Notes under the pieces: generated by a model | Database searches by the model: none | Told to the model about the DNA's origin: nothing | The model's input: only the letters and a program-made list of their open reading frames with translations | Translations under genes and position numbers: made by a program | Shown here: piece after piece, positions 1 to 6,987 of the stretch | Numbering within the stretch: position 1 is the stretch's first letter | Layout of the letters: every line of letters begins with the position of its first letter | IMG/VR virus record: IMGVR_UViG_3300033407_000087 | Coordinates: 1-30,830 of that record | Source of the DNA: a virus | Lineage: Duplodnaviria; Caudoviricetes | Length of the DNA stretch: 30,830 nucleotides | Direction: 5' to 3' (one strand)

Positions 1-226
1 TCCCGTAGCCGGCCGTGTTCTCGAACAGCTGTTCGACGAGGATCGTCTTGTTGCCGATGATCAGCACTTCGCCGAGATTCTCCAACGCCCACTCGGAGAG
101 CTTGAACATCATCCAGCTCTTGCCGCCTCGGGTCGGGCTGGTAAGCACGATCCGACGTTGACCAGCGACGATCAGTTCGATCACGCCGTCGACGCCTTCG
201 GTTTGATGGGGCCAGGGACTAAACAC
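1..226 (-). CDS. SF2 (DEAD/DEAH-like) helicase, N-terminal part, runs off the window
   Basis: Not in the ORF track. Manual translation from GTG at 226 gives MFSPWPHQTEGVDGVIELIVAGQRRIVLTSPTRGGKSWMM...VLIIGNKTILVEQ: Q-motif, Walker A (SPTRGGKS) and motif Ia-like segment. GGAG upstream. Confidence 0.85.
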   Translation of the reverse strand, partial: MFSPWPHQTEGVDGVIELIVAGQRRIVLTSPTRGGKSWMMFKLSEWALENLGEVLIIGNKTILVEQLFENTAGYG

Positions 227-1007
227 GCGTCAAATGCTCCGCAACGGCGCTCAGCGCCGGTTCGTGGTCCTCGTAAATCCCGATCTCGCTCAGAATGCGA
301 ATCAGGTCGCCCAGGTGCTTTTGGGCCTTGGTTCGAACCTTGCGATCGATGATGGGCTTGCCCACCCGCCTGCGAGACTCTTTCTCGAGCTTCTCGGGGT
401 CGAATTCGAGGGACTTGTCGGGCTTGTCGGTCAGCTGACCGTCAGCCTCGCTGGATGCGCTACTTGTGGGGGATTCGGTGTGGTTTTTCTCGGGCGCGGC
501 GCTAGGTGGTGTATCTGATACACGAGTGGAATCATCCGGCTTGGGGTCGGCAGCCGGCTTCGAAGGCAACATCGACTGCAGGATTGACTTCGCCCGTTCG
601 AACGTGATTCGAATGCCCTTCTTGGCGAGCTTTTCCGCTTCGACAGACGCGGTCTTTGGCGCCGACGGAGCGGCCAGGGCATACATTGCCCAATCGTCGA
701 ACTGATCCACAACCGAACACGATCCGAACCGCTCCCAGGCCCACATATAGTTGTAGGCCGTCTTCTTGCTGATTCCGCATTCGTGCTCGACCCACTCGCC
801 AAACCGACCATGCTTGCTGTGATCCGCCAGCAGCGCATTGGCGCTGGCGATCGCTTCGCCCATCAACAGCGCCGCCTTGACGTGCTGCGTCTTGGCGCGG
901 TTGATCTCCCCGGTGAGGCAAATCAGTTTGCCCTTGAGATCCGGATCGAAGCCGTCGTAATCGAACGTGCGAACGACGAGTTTGTCAGCCAGCGGTTTCT
1001 TGGCCAT
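219..1007 (-). CDS. DUF3102-like phage protein
   Basis: Likely start MAKKPL at 1007. Motif MGEAI...KHGRFGEWVEHECGISKKTAYNYM resembles DUF3102. Low-complexity linker follows. Confidence 0.75.
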   Translation of the reverse strand: MAKKPLADKLVVRTFDYDGFDPDLKGKLICLTGEINRAKTQHVKAALLMGEAIASANALLADHSKHGRFGEWVEHECGISKKTAYNYMWAWERFGSCSVVDQFDDWAMYALAAPSAPKTASVEAEKLAKKGIRITFERAKSILQSMLPSKPAADPKPDDSTRVSDTPPSAAPEKNHTESPTSSASSEADGQLTDKPDKSLEFDPEKLEKESRRRVGKPIIDRKVRTKAQKHLGDLIRILSEIGIYEDHEPALSAVAEHLTRV

Positions 1008-1947
1008 GGGTAGACTCCGTTCCGGTTGCATCCTGGTTGTCATCCTGCGGCGCGGGCTCGTCTTTGAACGCCTGCTCGGCATTCGCGCTCTCGACTTCTT
1101 TGGCCACCTCCGCAATGGTCTTCTCGCCCAGGTCTTCTTTGCTGAACGTCTGCTCGTGCAGATTGATTCGCAACAAGCCGGTGTATTCCTTGAGCACGGG
1201 GAACCAATCGGACGACTTGTGCAGGTCGTTGTTGCCGACGATCATGCCCCAGGCCACCTTGAACGCCGAAGCGGTTCTCGGCAGATGCCGCAACCAATTG
1301 CAAAGATTGGTGACGTCGGTGTCCGGCCAGGCCTTCGGCGCGGTGATCGTAGCTGGCGCTGTCGTCTGACGCGGCTGGCGTCCGGGCGACTGCCCGCTTG
1401 ACTGCTGCTGACGCTGCTGATTTCCGGCTTGAGAAGTTCGCTGCGGTGGACCCGCCGAGTTCCGGCCGTCTTCGTTACTCTCCGGGTCGATCCCCGTTTT
1501 CAGATTGAATAAGTTGGCCAGGGCGTATTTCTTCGCGCCGGTGTTGGCCTTGAGATTGGCCTTGTCCCGGGGGTCCATCCCCTCGCAAGCAAACTCGGTC
1601 GAGATGGACTGGCCATTGTCGACCAGTGTGCAGGTTGTGCGAATCGTGACCTTGCGCACCTGCTCGACATTCCCCTTGTGATTCTTTCGCGGCTCCAGCG
1701 CGGCGTCTTCGACGACTTCATGCGTGATCAACAACCCGTGTTTCTCGCAGGGCACTTCGATGCAGGTCACGAAGTCAGCGTTGGTCGAGTATTCGTAATT
1801 ATCGAATTTGTTGACGCCGCTCATGGCGACGGTCTTCATTTCCTTGCGAGCTTCGAACATCGCCTTCAAGAGCTTGAGCCGTTCCTCACTGACCGGCTTG
1901 GGATCAAACTCCACCTTCGCCGGTTCAACCGTCGCTTGCTCCGTCAT
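985..1947 (-). CDS. erf: ERF-family single-strand annealing protein
   Basis: N-terminal GVNKFDNYEYST and GMDPRDKANLKANTGAKKYALANLFNLKTGIDPE match the ERF signature. GGAGG RBS upstream. Confidence 0.85.
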   Translation of the reverse strand: MTEQATVEPAKVEFDPKPVSEERLKLLKAMFEARKEMKTVAMSGVNKFDNYEYSTNADFVTCIEVPCEKHGLLITHEVVEDAALEPRKNHKGNVEQVRKVTIRTTCTLVDNGQSISTEFACEGMDPRDKANLKANTGAKKYALANLFNLKTGIDPESNEDGRNSAGPPQRTSQAGNQQRQQQSSGQSPGRQPRQTTAPATITAPKAWPDTDVTNLCNWLRHLPRTASAFKVAWGMIVGNNDLHKSSDWFPVLKEYTGLLRINLHEQTFSKEDLGEKTIAEVAKEVESANAEQAFKDEPAPQDDNQDATGTESTHGQETAG

Positions 1948-1970
1948 CCGTCAATCCTCCCGTGATAGAC

Positions 1971-2017
1971 AAAAACTCGGCGGCGGGAATCCAGCGTCTC
2001 CATCCGTCCCGCCGCCG
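1971..2017 (-). terminator. Putative intrinsic terminator/attenuator upstream of erf
   Basis: 11-bp perfect stem (1978-1988 / 2007-2017) followed by AGTTTTT on the minus strand. The 18-nt loop is large. Confidence 0.5.
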
Positions 2018-2101
2018 CAAATCTCCTGGCTCACCGCCTCCCGTGCGTTGTCCGCTTCCTCTGTCCCAATCCGGCACGGAAGATGTCGAAACCGTGCCGG
2101 C

Positions 2102-2287
2102 CTACCCCGCCCACAAATACCCGACCACCAGCCCGATCGCGCCCCAGACAATCGAAAACGCCAGCGAGCACCGTTGCCGGGACGGCGGCCGCAGTGCTTC
2201 TTCAATCGCCGCGCGCAAGCCGGGCGAAAAGCGTTGCGGAGCAATGATGTCGATTCGTGCCCCCGATCCATGTGCTGCTGATACCAT
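2102..2287 (-). CDS. Small hypothetical protein with C-terminal transmembrane helix
   Basis: AAGGAG RBS before ATG 2287. C-terminus SLAFSIVWGAIGLVVGYLWAG is hydrophobic. Confidence 0.6.
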   Translation of the reverse strand: MVSAAHGSGARIDIIAPQRFSPGLRAAIEEALRPPSRQRCSLAFSIVWGAIGLVVGYLWAG

Positions 2288-2383
2288 GCTCACTCCTTGG
2301 TTAAAGCCGGCGGACCCGCGTTGTCTCAGGCCCGCCGGCCCAGCAATTCGCCCCAGCGACAAGCTGAGGCTAGGAACATGTCG

Positions 2384-3106
2384 TCAGGTTGCTGACTTCG
2401 CAGGATCCGCGATTAACGTGGGTTTGCTTGGTCGCCATTTGGACAGCACTTCGACCATGGCGTCGGCGACATAACTCCAGAATCCCTGCCCCGCCGCGCC
2501 TGCCTGCCACCGCGCCGCGTATGCCTGCCACCCCGCCGCGCCTGCCTGCCACCCCGCCGCGTATGCCTGCCACCCCGCCGCGTCTGCCTGCCACCCCGCC
2601 GCGCCTGCCTGCCACCCCGCCGCGCCTGCCTGCTGCCGCGCCGCGTCCCACTCCACGCTGCTCGGCTCGTCGCCACACGCGCGACGCCGGTAAAGCGCGG
2701 CGAGCAGCAGAGACACCGCACGCACGTCGTCGCGGATGGCATCTTCGGCGAGCCGGTCGAGCAGCCTCGCATTGATCTCATTGGCGTGCGGCAATAGATC
2801 AACACCAGTCGGGATTGCGGACCACAGCCGTCGAGTCCAGGCGATCCGTTTCTCTTCGTATAGTTTTTCGAAACAATAATCCGACAGAATTAAAATCAAT
2901 TCCGGCACTCCGGTCGGGTCCACTAGCTGGCCGTGGTTTCCCACCGTGGCGTCGAGGCCCAGCTCCGCGCGGACGCAACCGATCGAGCAGTGGCTGATGA
3001 TGCCGTTGCGCGACTCGTAAGCGCCCGATGCGAATCTCTCGCCGTCGCACCGCTCGTGCTTTTCGGCGCGGGCGACGATGCGGGCCTTTAGTTCTGGGGT
3101 GAGCAT
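2384..3106 (-). CDS. Hypothetical phage protein with Ala/Trp heptad repeats (AAGWQAx)
   Basis: GGAG RBS before MLTPELK at 3106. C-terminal 7-aa repeats are encoded by a 21-bp tandem array. Confidence 0.8.
   Translation of the reverse strand: MLTPELKARIVARAEKHERCDGERFASGAYESRNGIISHCSIGCVRAELGLDATVGNHGQLVDPTGVPELILILSDYCFEKLYEEKRIAWTRRLWSAIPTGVDLLPHANEINARLLDRLAEDAIRDDVRAVSLLLAALYRRRACGDEPSSVEWDAARQQAGAAGWQAGAAGWQADAAGWQAYAAGWQAGAAGWQAYAARWQAGAAGQGFWSYVADAMVEVLSKWRPSKPTLIADPAKSAT
2491..2637. repeat. 21-bp tandem repeat, about 7 copies (CCGCCGCGCCTGCCTGCCACC)
   Basis: Directly visible and in frame within 2384..3106. Variation is mostly at one codon (G/D/Y). Confidence 0.95.
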
Positions 3107-3382
3107 GATTTTCTCCAGCTGGGGAGCCGCAGCGCGCCCTGCCCTGCGCGCCACGGCATCCGAGGATGATTTGGGGCCACCGTTGGATGGCCGGGTTAAG
3201 GTGCCCGCACGCATCGCCCGGTCCTTAAATCCGCCGACAGAGTGCCGAAGAATTCTCAGACGATGCGTGCGGGAAGATGGACCGGTTAGGGCCAGCGCTC
3301 GCGGGAGCGGATGGCCTGGAACTTGTGTTGCCGGCCCGCAGATTGCCGAAGGGCAAAGAGAAAGCCGACGTTTGCTTGAACG
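3107..3382 (-). ncRNA. Structured leftward leader of the early operon (putative cis-regulatory RNA)
   Basis: No convincing ORF. Perfect 13-bp IR (3204-3216 / 3261-3273), crossing 7-bp pairing (3218-3224 / 3279-3285) and further hairpins. G-U pairs in the RBS-proximal hairpin favour the minus strand. Confidence 0.5.
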
Positions 3383-3388
3383 TCGGCT
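3355..3388 (-). terminator. Putative intrinsic terminator of the XRE gene
   Basis: 10-bp stem AGCCGACGTT / AACGTCGGCT with 6-nt loop, followed by TTCTCTTT on the minus strand. Confidence 0.65.
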
Positions 3389-3418
3389 ATGTTAGCTTTT
3401 AGGCTAATATTGTGTCAA
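3389..3418 (-). promoter_or_regulatory. Leftward sigma70-type promoter with operator O1 in its spacer
   Basis: TTGACA (3418-3413), 18 bp, TAACAT (3394-3389). Dyad TTAGCTTTTAGGCTAA at 3392-3407. Confidence 0.75.
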
Positions 3419-3425
3419 GCGGTAT

Positions 3426-3671
3426 TTATCCGGTGCGGCGAGATTTTTTTCCGTGGTCATCCAGCAGATAATCGACGCTGGTTTTCAGGGCATCTGCCAA
3501 TCGAGAAAGCAGCCCTCCCCCGGGCATGGATTCACCATTTTCGATTCTGGCGATGTTAGCCGGGTAGGTTTCTACTTCTTTGGCAAGCCAATACTGGCTG
3601 CGCTGGCCACGAAGCAGCCGCACATTTCTCGCAATGTTTTTCAGCGCCTGATCGTCGCTCACAGTTGACAT
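3426..3671 (-). CDS. XRE/Cro-CI family HTH transcriptional regulator
   Basis: IARNVRLLR-SQYWLAKEV-IARIENGESMPG-LSRLADALKTSVDYLL is a typical HTH_3 pattern. 81 aa with no S24 peptidase domain. Confidence 0.93.
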   Translation of the reverse strand: MSTVSDDQALKNIARNVRLLRGQRSQYWLAKEVETYPANIARIENGESMPGGGLLSRLADALKTSVDYLLDDHGKKSRRTG

Positions 3672-3707
3672 ACTCCTATTGTTAGCCTAAAAGCTATGCA
3701 TTGTCAA
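3665..3707. promoter_or_regulatory. Overlapping opposed promoters with operator O2
   Basis: Minus: TTGACA (3707-3702), 17 bp, TAACAAT (3684-3678), then ATG 3671 six nt later (leaderless). Plus: TTGACA 3665-3670, 17 bp, TAAAAG (weak). Dyad TTAGCCTAAAAGCTA at 3682-3696 is the exact reverse complement of 3393-3407. Confidence 0.7.
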
Positions 3708-3709
3708 AT

Positions 3710-4085
3710 AGTGCTGCCGACCGGCCGTTTCGGTTAGTTGTTCAAGCAAACGTCGGGACCGGCCAGCAGCGTTGGTTTGTTTGTTGCACCGGACCGTAAG
3801 GGGCCGAGTTGCGGAGGGAAAATAATCTCGGGCGTTGGGCTGTGCCCATGCGGTTGTTAGTCGCACCGCCCGAGCCAAAGCAGGGGGCGTACCACGCCAG
3901 CGGCTGGATTTCACTCCGGCCGTTACCACGCGCCCGCAGGCCGTGGCCACCTGCCCACCTCCCAACACCACCCCGTTGCCAAAGACGACGGGAGCACTGG
4001 GCCTTGTCGGTCGGCCACTTACGTTCCGGGTGCTGTAAGGTGTTTTGGTCATTTGTCATGCCGGCCGAGCCGGCAGCGGGTACGG
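3710..4085 (+). ncRNA. About 380-nt structured RNA or leader (unknown class)
   Basis: Dense hairpins: CTCGGGCG/CGCCCGAG enclosing two sub-stems, CGGCTGGA/TCCGGCCG, CCCGTTG/CGACGGG, TGCCGGC/GCCGGCA, and long-range GCCGACCG (3716) with CGGTCGGC (4008). G-U pairs favour the plus strand. Confidence 0.5.
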
Positions 4086-4096
4086 AGGTGTTTTCA

Positions 4097-4330
4097 ATGA
4101 ATCGTCGAAACTTCATTCGGTCAGCCTTGGCGGCTGCGGTTCCTGTTTCGTTGCTGGGCGTCGCGGCAAAAGCCGCTCCTGTCTCCAAGCCGGCAACGAT
4201 CGTGCTTCGGGACGGCGGGCAGTTGCACAATGCCGAGTTGCATGGCGTCGAACTGGTTCTTGGTTACGGGGATGGCATCGTGGTCAAGGACTGCTCGTTT
4301 TCTGCCCAGGCTCCCACGTTTGCTGGATGA
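4097..4330 (+). CDS. Small protein with twin-arginine (Tat) signal peptide
   Basis: GGAGGTG RBS. MNRRNFIRSALAAAVPVSLLGVAAKA has RRxF, a hydrophobic core and an AxA site. Confidence 0.75.
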   Translation: MNRRNFIRSALAAAVPVSLLGVAAKAAPVSKPATIVLRDGGQLHNAELHGVELVLGYGDGIVVKDCSFSAQAPTFAG

Positions 4331-4487
4331 CATCCGACTTTTGCCAGCGGTGGGTTCCGCCGCAGGCGGAGCATTTGGCGACGATGTTGTCTGTGAGTTC
4401 CGACCCGCGAAACGTCGTCTCATCCAGGTTCATCCCGGTGTAAATCGGCTGCTCCGTGGCTGGGCACTTGATCATCAGCTTTGGCAT
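4284..4487 (-). CDS. Small putative Zn-binding protein
   Basis: AAGGAG RBS. MPKLMIKCPATEQPIYTG...CSACGGTHRW has a Cys/His pattern. Confidence 0.7.
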   Translation of the reverse strand: MPKLMIKCPATEQPIYTGMNLDETTFRGSELTDNIVAKCSACGGTHRWQKSDVIQQTWEPGQKTSSP

Positions 4488-4728
4488 TTCGTTCTCCTTT
4501 TGGTTGTTCTGCCGTTCCACGCGGCAGTCTTCGCCCGGCCCTTGGATTGGCGTCCGCAGGGGCCGGGCCCTTTTCTCCATTCCGCGATTTTTTCTCTCCG
4601 GAATTTGACAACCGGATTCCCCGTGCTCAGTGTGGATTCTTCTAGTGCCGCTGGATCAAGGAGGCGCGGGCCTCCAAAATGTCGCCAATTCGCCACGACA
4701 TGTAGACGCGGTGCGAGCTAGGTTTGGA

Positions 4729-5679
4729 ATGGAGCTTTGGGGCGAAGACTCCACACAACCAGGAGGGTCATCAGAAAGGTTGAGCGTGGAACTTGAAGAG
4801 CTATGTGACCAGTACGTACAAACCAACCCCGAGATTCAATCGAAAGAAACCGTCCGACTGCTGCGACTCTCCGTGCGACACTTCGGACAATTCCTCGACG
4901 ACAAACCACTCGCGGCGCATTTGGTCGACCGCAACCTGATCGGCTACGTGCAGCATCGCCGCGCGCTCGGCCGCGCGGAGACGACCATCGAACGCGAGAC
5001 GGCCAAGCTGTTCACGCTGGCGCGCTATGCTGCTCGCAACGGCCACGCGCCCGATCCGAGGTTCCGCCCGAAGAAAGCACGCGTTGATATCCCCGTGGCC
5101 TTCATGCGGCACGAAGTTCGCGCGCTGTTCCGCGCAGCCAATCGTTACAAGCGAACGATCGCGGGCGTACCGGGCGACATCTTCATGGTCGCGCTCTTGC
5201 TCGTCTGTTGGGACACGGCCGAAAGAATCGGCGCGGTTATCAAGATCGAGCGTGGCGACATCGACCTGCGCGGACGGTGGGTCACGAGCCGCGAACGGAA
5301 GCGCAACGGCAAGCCTCTCATCCGTCGCGTGCGACGGCGGACCGCCAAGGCGCTGGCGAGTTTGATGGATGCCCATGATGGACCGCGGCCGTTCGGGCTA
5401 CTCAAGCGCGAGTCGCTCTACTACCACCTCAACCGGCTGCTGGTTGACGCGGGCCTGCCGGTCGACCGGAAGCACAAATTCCACTGCCTGAGACGCTCCC
5501 ACGCGAGCTGGCTGCACCGAGCGGGCGGGGACAGCCGGGACTCGCTGGACCACGAGAGCGACCAGACGACTCGAACTTACTACCACGATCCACGCATCAC
5601 ACGCCGCTGGAACCCGGTAGACTTCCTGTTCGACCCGATGGGTCCATGGGGCCGGCTGCTGGCGAGATTCGGCCTGTGA
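4729..5679 (+). CDS. Tyrosine recombinase / phage integrase family protein (start uncertain, 4630-4786)
   Basis: Catalytic motifs WDTAERIGAV (R), KFHCLRRSHASW (H-x-x-R) and LDHES...TTRTYY (H, Y), with an N-terminal core-binding-like region. Confidence 0.92.
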   Translation: MELWGEDSTQPGGSSERLSVELEELCDQYVQTNPEIQSKETVRLLRLSVRHFGQFLDDKPLAAHLVDRNLIGYVQHRRALGRAETTIERETAKLFTLARYAARNGHAPDPRFRPKKARVDIPVAFMRHEVRALFRAANRYKRTIAGVPGDIFMVALLLVCWDTAERIGAVIKIERGDIDLRGRWVTSRERKRNGKPLIRRVRRRTAKALASLMDAHDGPRPFGLLKRESLYYHLNRLLVDAGLPVDRKHKFHCLRRSHASWLHRAGGDSRDSLDHESDQTTRTYYHDPRITRRWNPVDFLFDPMGPWGRLLARFGL

Positions 5680-5765
5680 GCCGCGAGCGGGGCCTCGGGG
5701 CCGGCTAGAGTCAATCGACTGATTCTATGTGACTTTTAGTGCGCAAGCCGAAAGAATACAAGGAC

Positions 5766-5981
5766 TTACGACTTGTCATTAAGAGAGCCGACGGTAACGG
5801 TTGGGCAGGAGCCAACAAAAGACTTGCTGTCCGCCAGGGCCGATGAGTATTTCGGGGAGCGCTGCGATTCTTCGATGATGCGCGCGGGGATCCCTAGCTG
5901 CGCAATCAGCTCCTCAATCTGAGCCGTTGGGAACTCGATAACCGGCGCCGGTCGAATCGCTGACCAAACGGTGACTGCCAT
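5766..5981 (-). CDS. Hypothetical protein
   Basis: GGAGG RBS before MAVTVW. Starts just after the stop of 5986..6348. Confidence 0.5.
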   Translation of the reverse strand: MAVTVWSAIRPAPVIEFPTAQIEELIAQLGIPARIIEESQRSPKYSSALADSKSFVGSCPTVTVGSLNDKS

Positions 5982-5985
5982 CGGC

Positions 5986-6348
5986 TCAGCCCTCCATCGT
6001 CGCAGGTGCATCAAGCGTGGAGAGCGGGGTCACCTGTTCGGCGTACCCGCGCCCACGTCCATCGAAATCGACGATACGATGCCACCCATTTAATTTTGGG
6101 TGCCGGAAGCTGTCGCCGAGTCCCATGTATCCGTGGAACTCGACGAGCATGCCTTCGTGCTCGCCATCTATGATTTCGACAAACATCCCGGTGTCGGAGT
6201 CAGAGAAGCATTCGGGGTCCGTGTCGGGATCGGAGGGCGGCCCATCGAGTGGCATGACAATCGGCAGGCCCTCTCTGTCGACGATGCCCATAGAACAGAC
6301 CAACTCGCCGGCTTGGATGACTCGGTTTGATCCGCTGCGGACTTCCAT
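5986..6348 (-). CDS. Hypothetical acidic protein (probably leaderless)
   Basis: TTGGCG-17-TAGGAT-7-ATG(6348) on the minus strand. Confidence 0.55.
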   Translation of the reverse strand: MEVRSGSNRVIQAGELVCSMGIVDREGLPIVMPLDGPPSDPDTDPECFSDSDTGMFVEIIDGEHEGMLVEFHGYMGLGDSFRHPKLNGWHRIVDFDGRGRGYAEQVTPLSTLDAPATMEG

Positions 6349-6407
6349 CCCGCCAATCCTACCCCCGCCCGCCGCTGCCGCCAAGATCGGGCCTCCTGCG
6401 GCATCTA

Positions 6408-6447
6408 TCAAAACCTATCAATCATCTGTTCGATTGATAGGTTCTGA
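6408..6447. other. lox/FRT-like inverted repeat, candidate recombinase site or operator
   Basis: AACCTATCAATC-ATCTGTTC-GATTGATAGGTT: perfect 12-bp arms with an 8-bp asymmetric spacer, extendable to 16-bp arms with 1 mismatch. AT-rich and intergenic. Confidence 0.6.
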
Positions 6448-6480
6448 CGCATCCCCGCCAAAAATCTTTCCTTAATTCGG

Positions 6481-6509
6481 TTGCACTGCCGCAACCGATA
6501 TGGTACAAT
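6481..6509 (+). promoter_or_regulatory. Sigma70-type promoter with extended -10
   Basis: TTGCAC-17-TACAAT with TG at 6501-6502. Confidence 0.75.
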
Positions 6510-6591
6510 GAGGGCATGACGCGGCGAGTGAGCCGCGACCCGCCGACTGGGAAAGTCGGAGTTGGCCTTGATCGGCCAGGAGAAAAAAACG

Positions 6592-6918
6592 ATGACAAAT
6601 TACACGCACTACAGCCTTTTTGACGCCGACGCCACGGTTGCGGACTTTGCAAAACTGCCGAGTGGTGGACTGCGCGAGTTGCTCGCGGACCTGCACGCCA
6701 AAGCCGCTCCCCAGCCACATTTCTGCGTCGCCGTTGGCAATGATCACAACGGCCACAACATGAGCCTGCACCCCGGCGCTGCTCAGGTGAGCTTTGCAAT
6801 CGCAAACCGCTTCACATTGATTCTCTACAGCCGCGAGGGGCTTGAGGGGCAGGCCGCGGAACTTTATCACGAAGGAAACGCCAGTGCCGAAGCTGCCATT
6901 GCCGCTCTGAAAAGCTAA
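6592..6918 (+). CDS. Hypothetical protein
   Basis: AGGAGA RBS before MTNYTH, own promoter, and downstream terminator-like stem. Confidence 0.75.
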   Translation: MTNYTHYSLFDADATVADFAKLPSGGLRELLADLHAKAAPQPHFCVAVGNDHNGHNMSLHPGAAQVSFAIANRFTLILYSREGLEGQAAELYHEGNASAEAAIAALKS

Positions 6919-6928
6919 CCCGCTCTCA

Positions 6929-6987
6929 CCGCCGCCTCGCGCCGGACCAATCACCCGGCAGATTACAAGGCGGGGCGGCGGGCTTTT
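6929..6987 (+). terminator. Terminator-like branched hairpin
   Basis: CCGCCGCCTCGC / GCGGGGCGGCGG stem with inner GCCGG/CCGGC, followed by GCTTTT. Confidence 0.5.

Noticed and set aside
2491-2637. CRISPR array
   Set aside because: Units are contiguous with no unique spacers and are in frame in a CDS. No cas genes.
3204-3285. HDV-like ribozyme
   Set aside because: The crossing helices lack the P3/P1.1/P4 and J4/2 arrangement on either strand.
3880-3975. tRNA or tmRNA (GGGGGCG start, CACCA end)
   Set aside because: No T-arm GTTCRANYC and no acceptor-stem pairing.
6910-6919. Third XRE operator (AAAAGCTAAC matches half of O1)
   Set aside because: Half-site only and explained by the Lys-Ser-stop codons.
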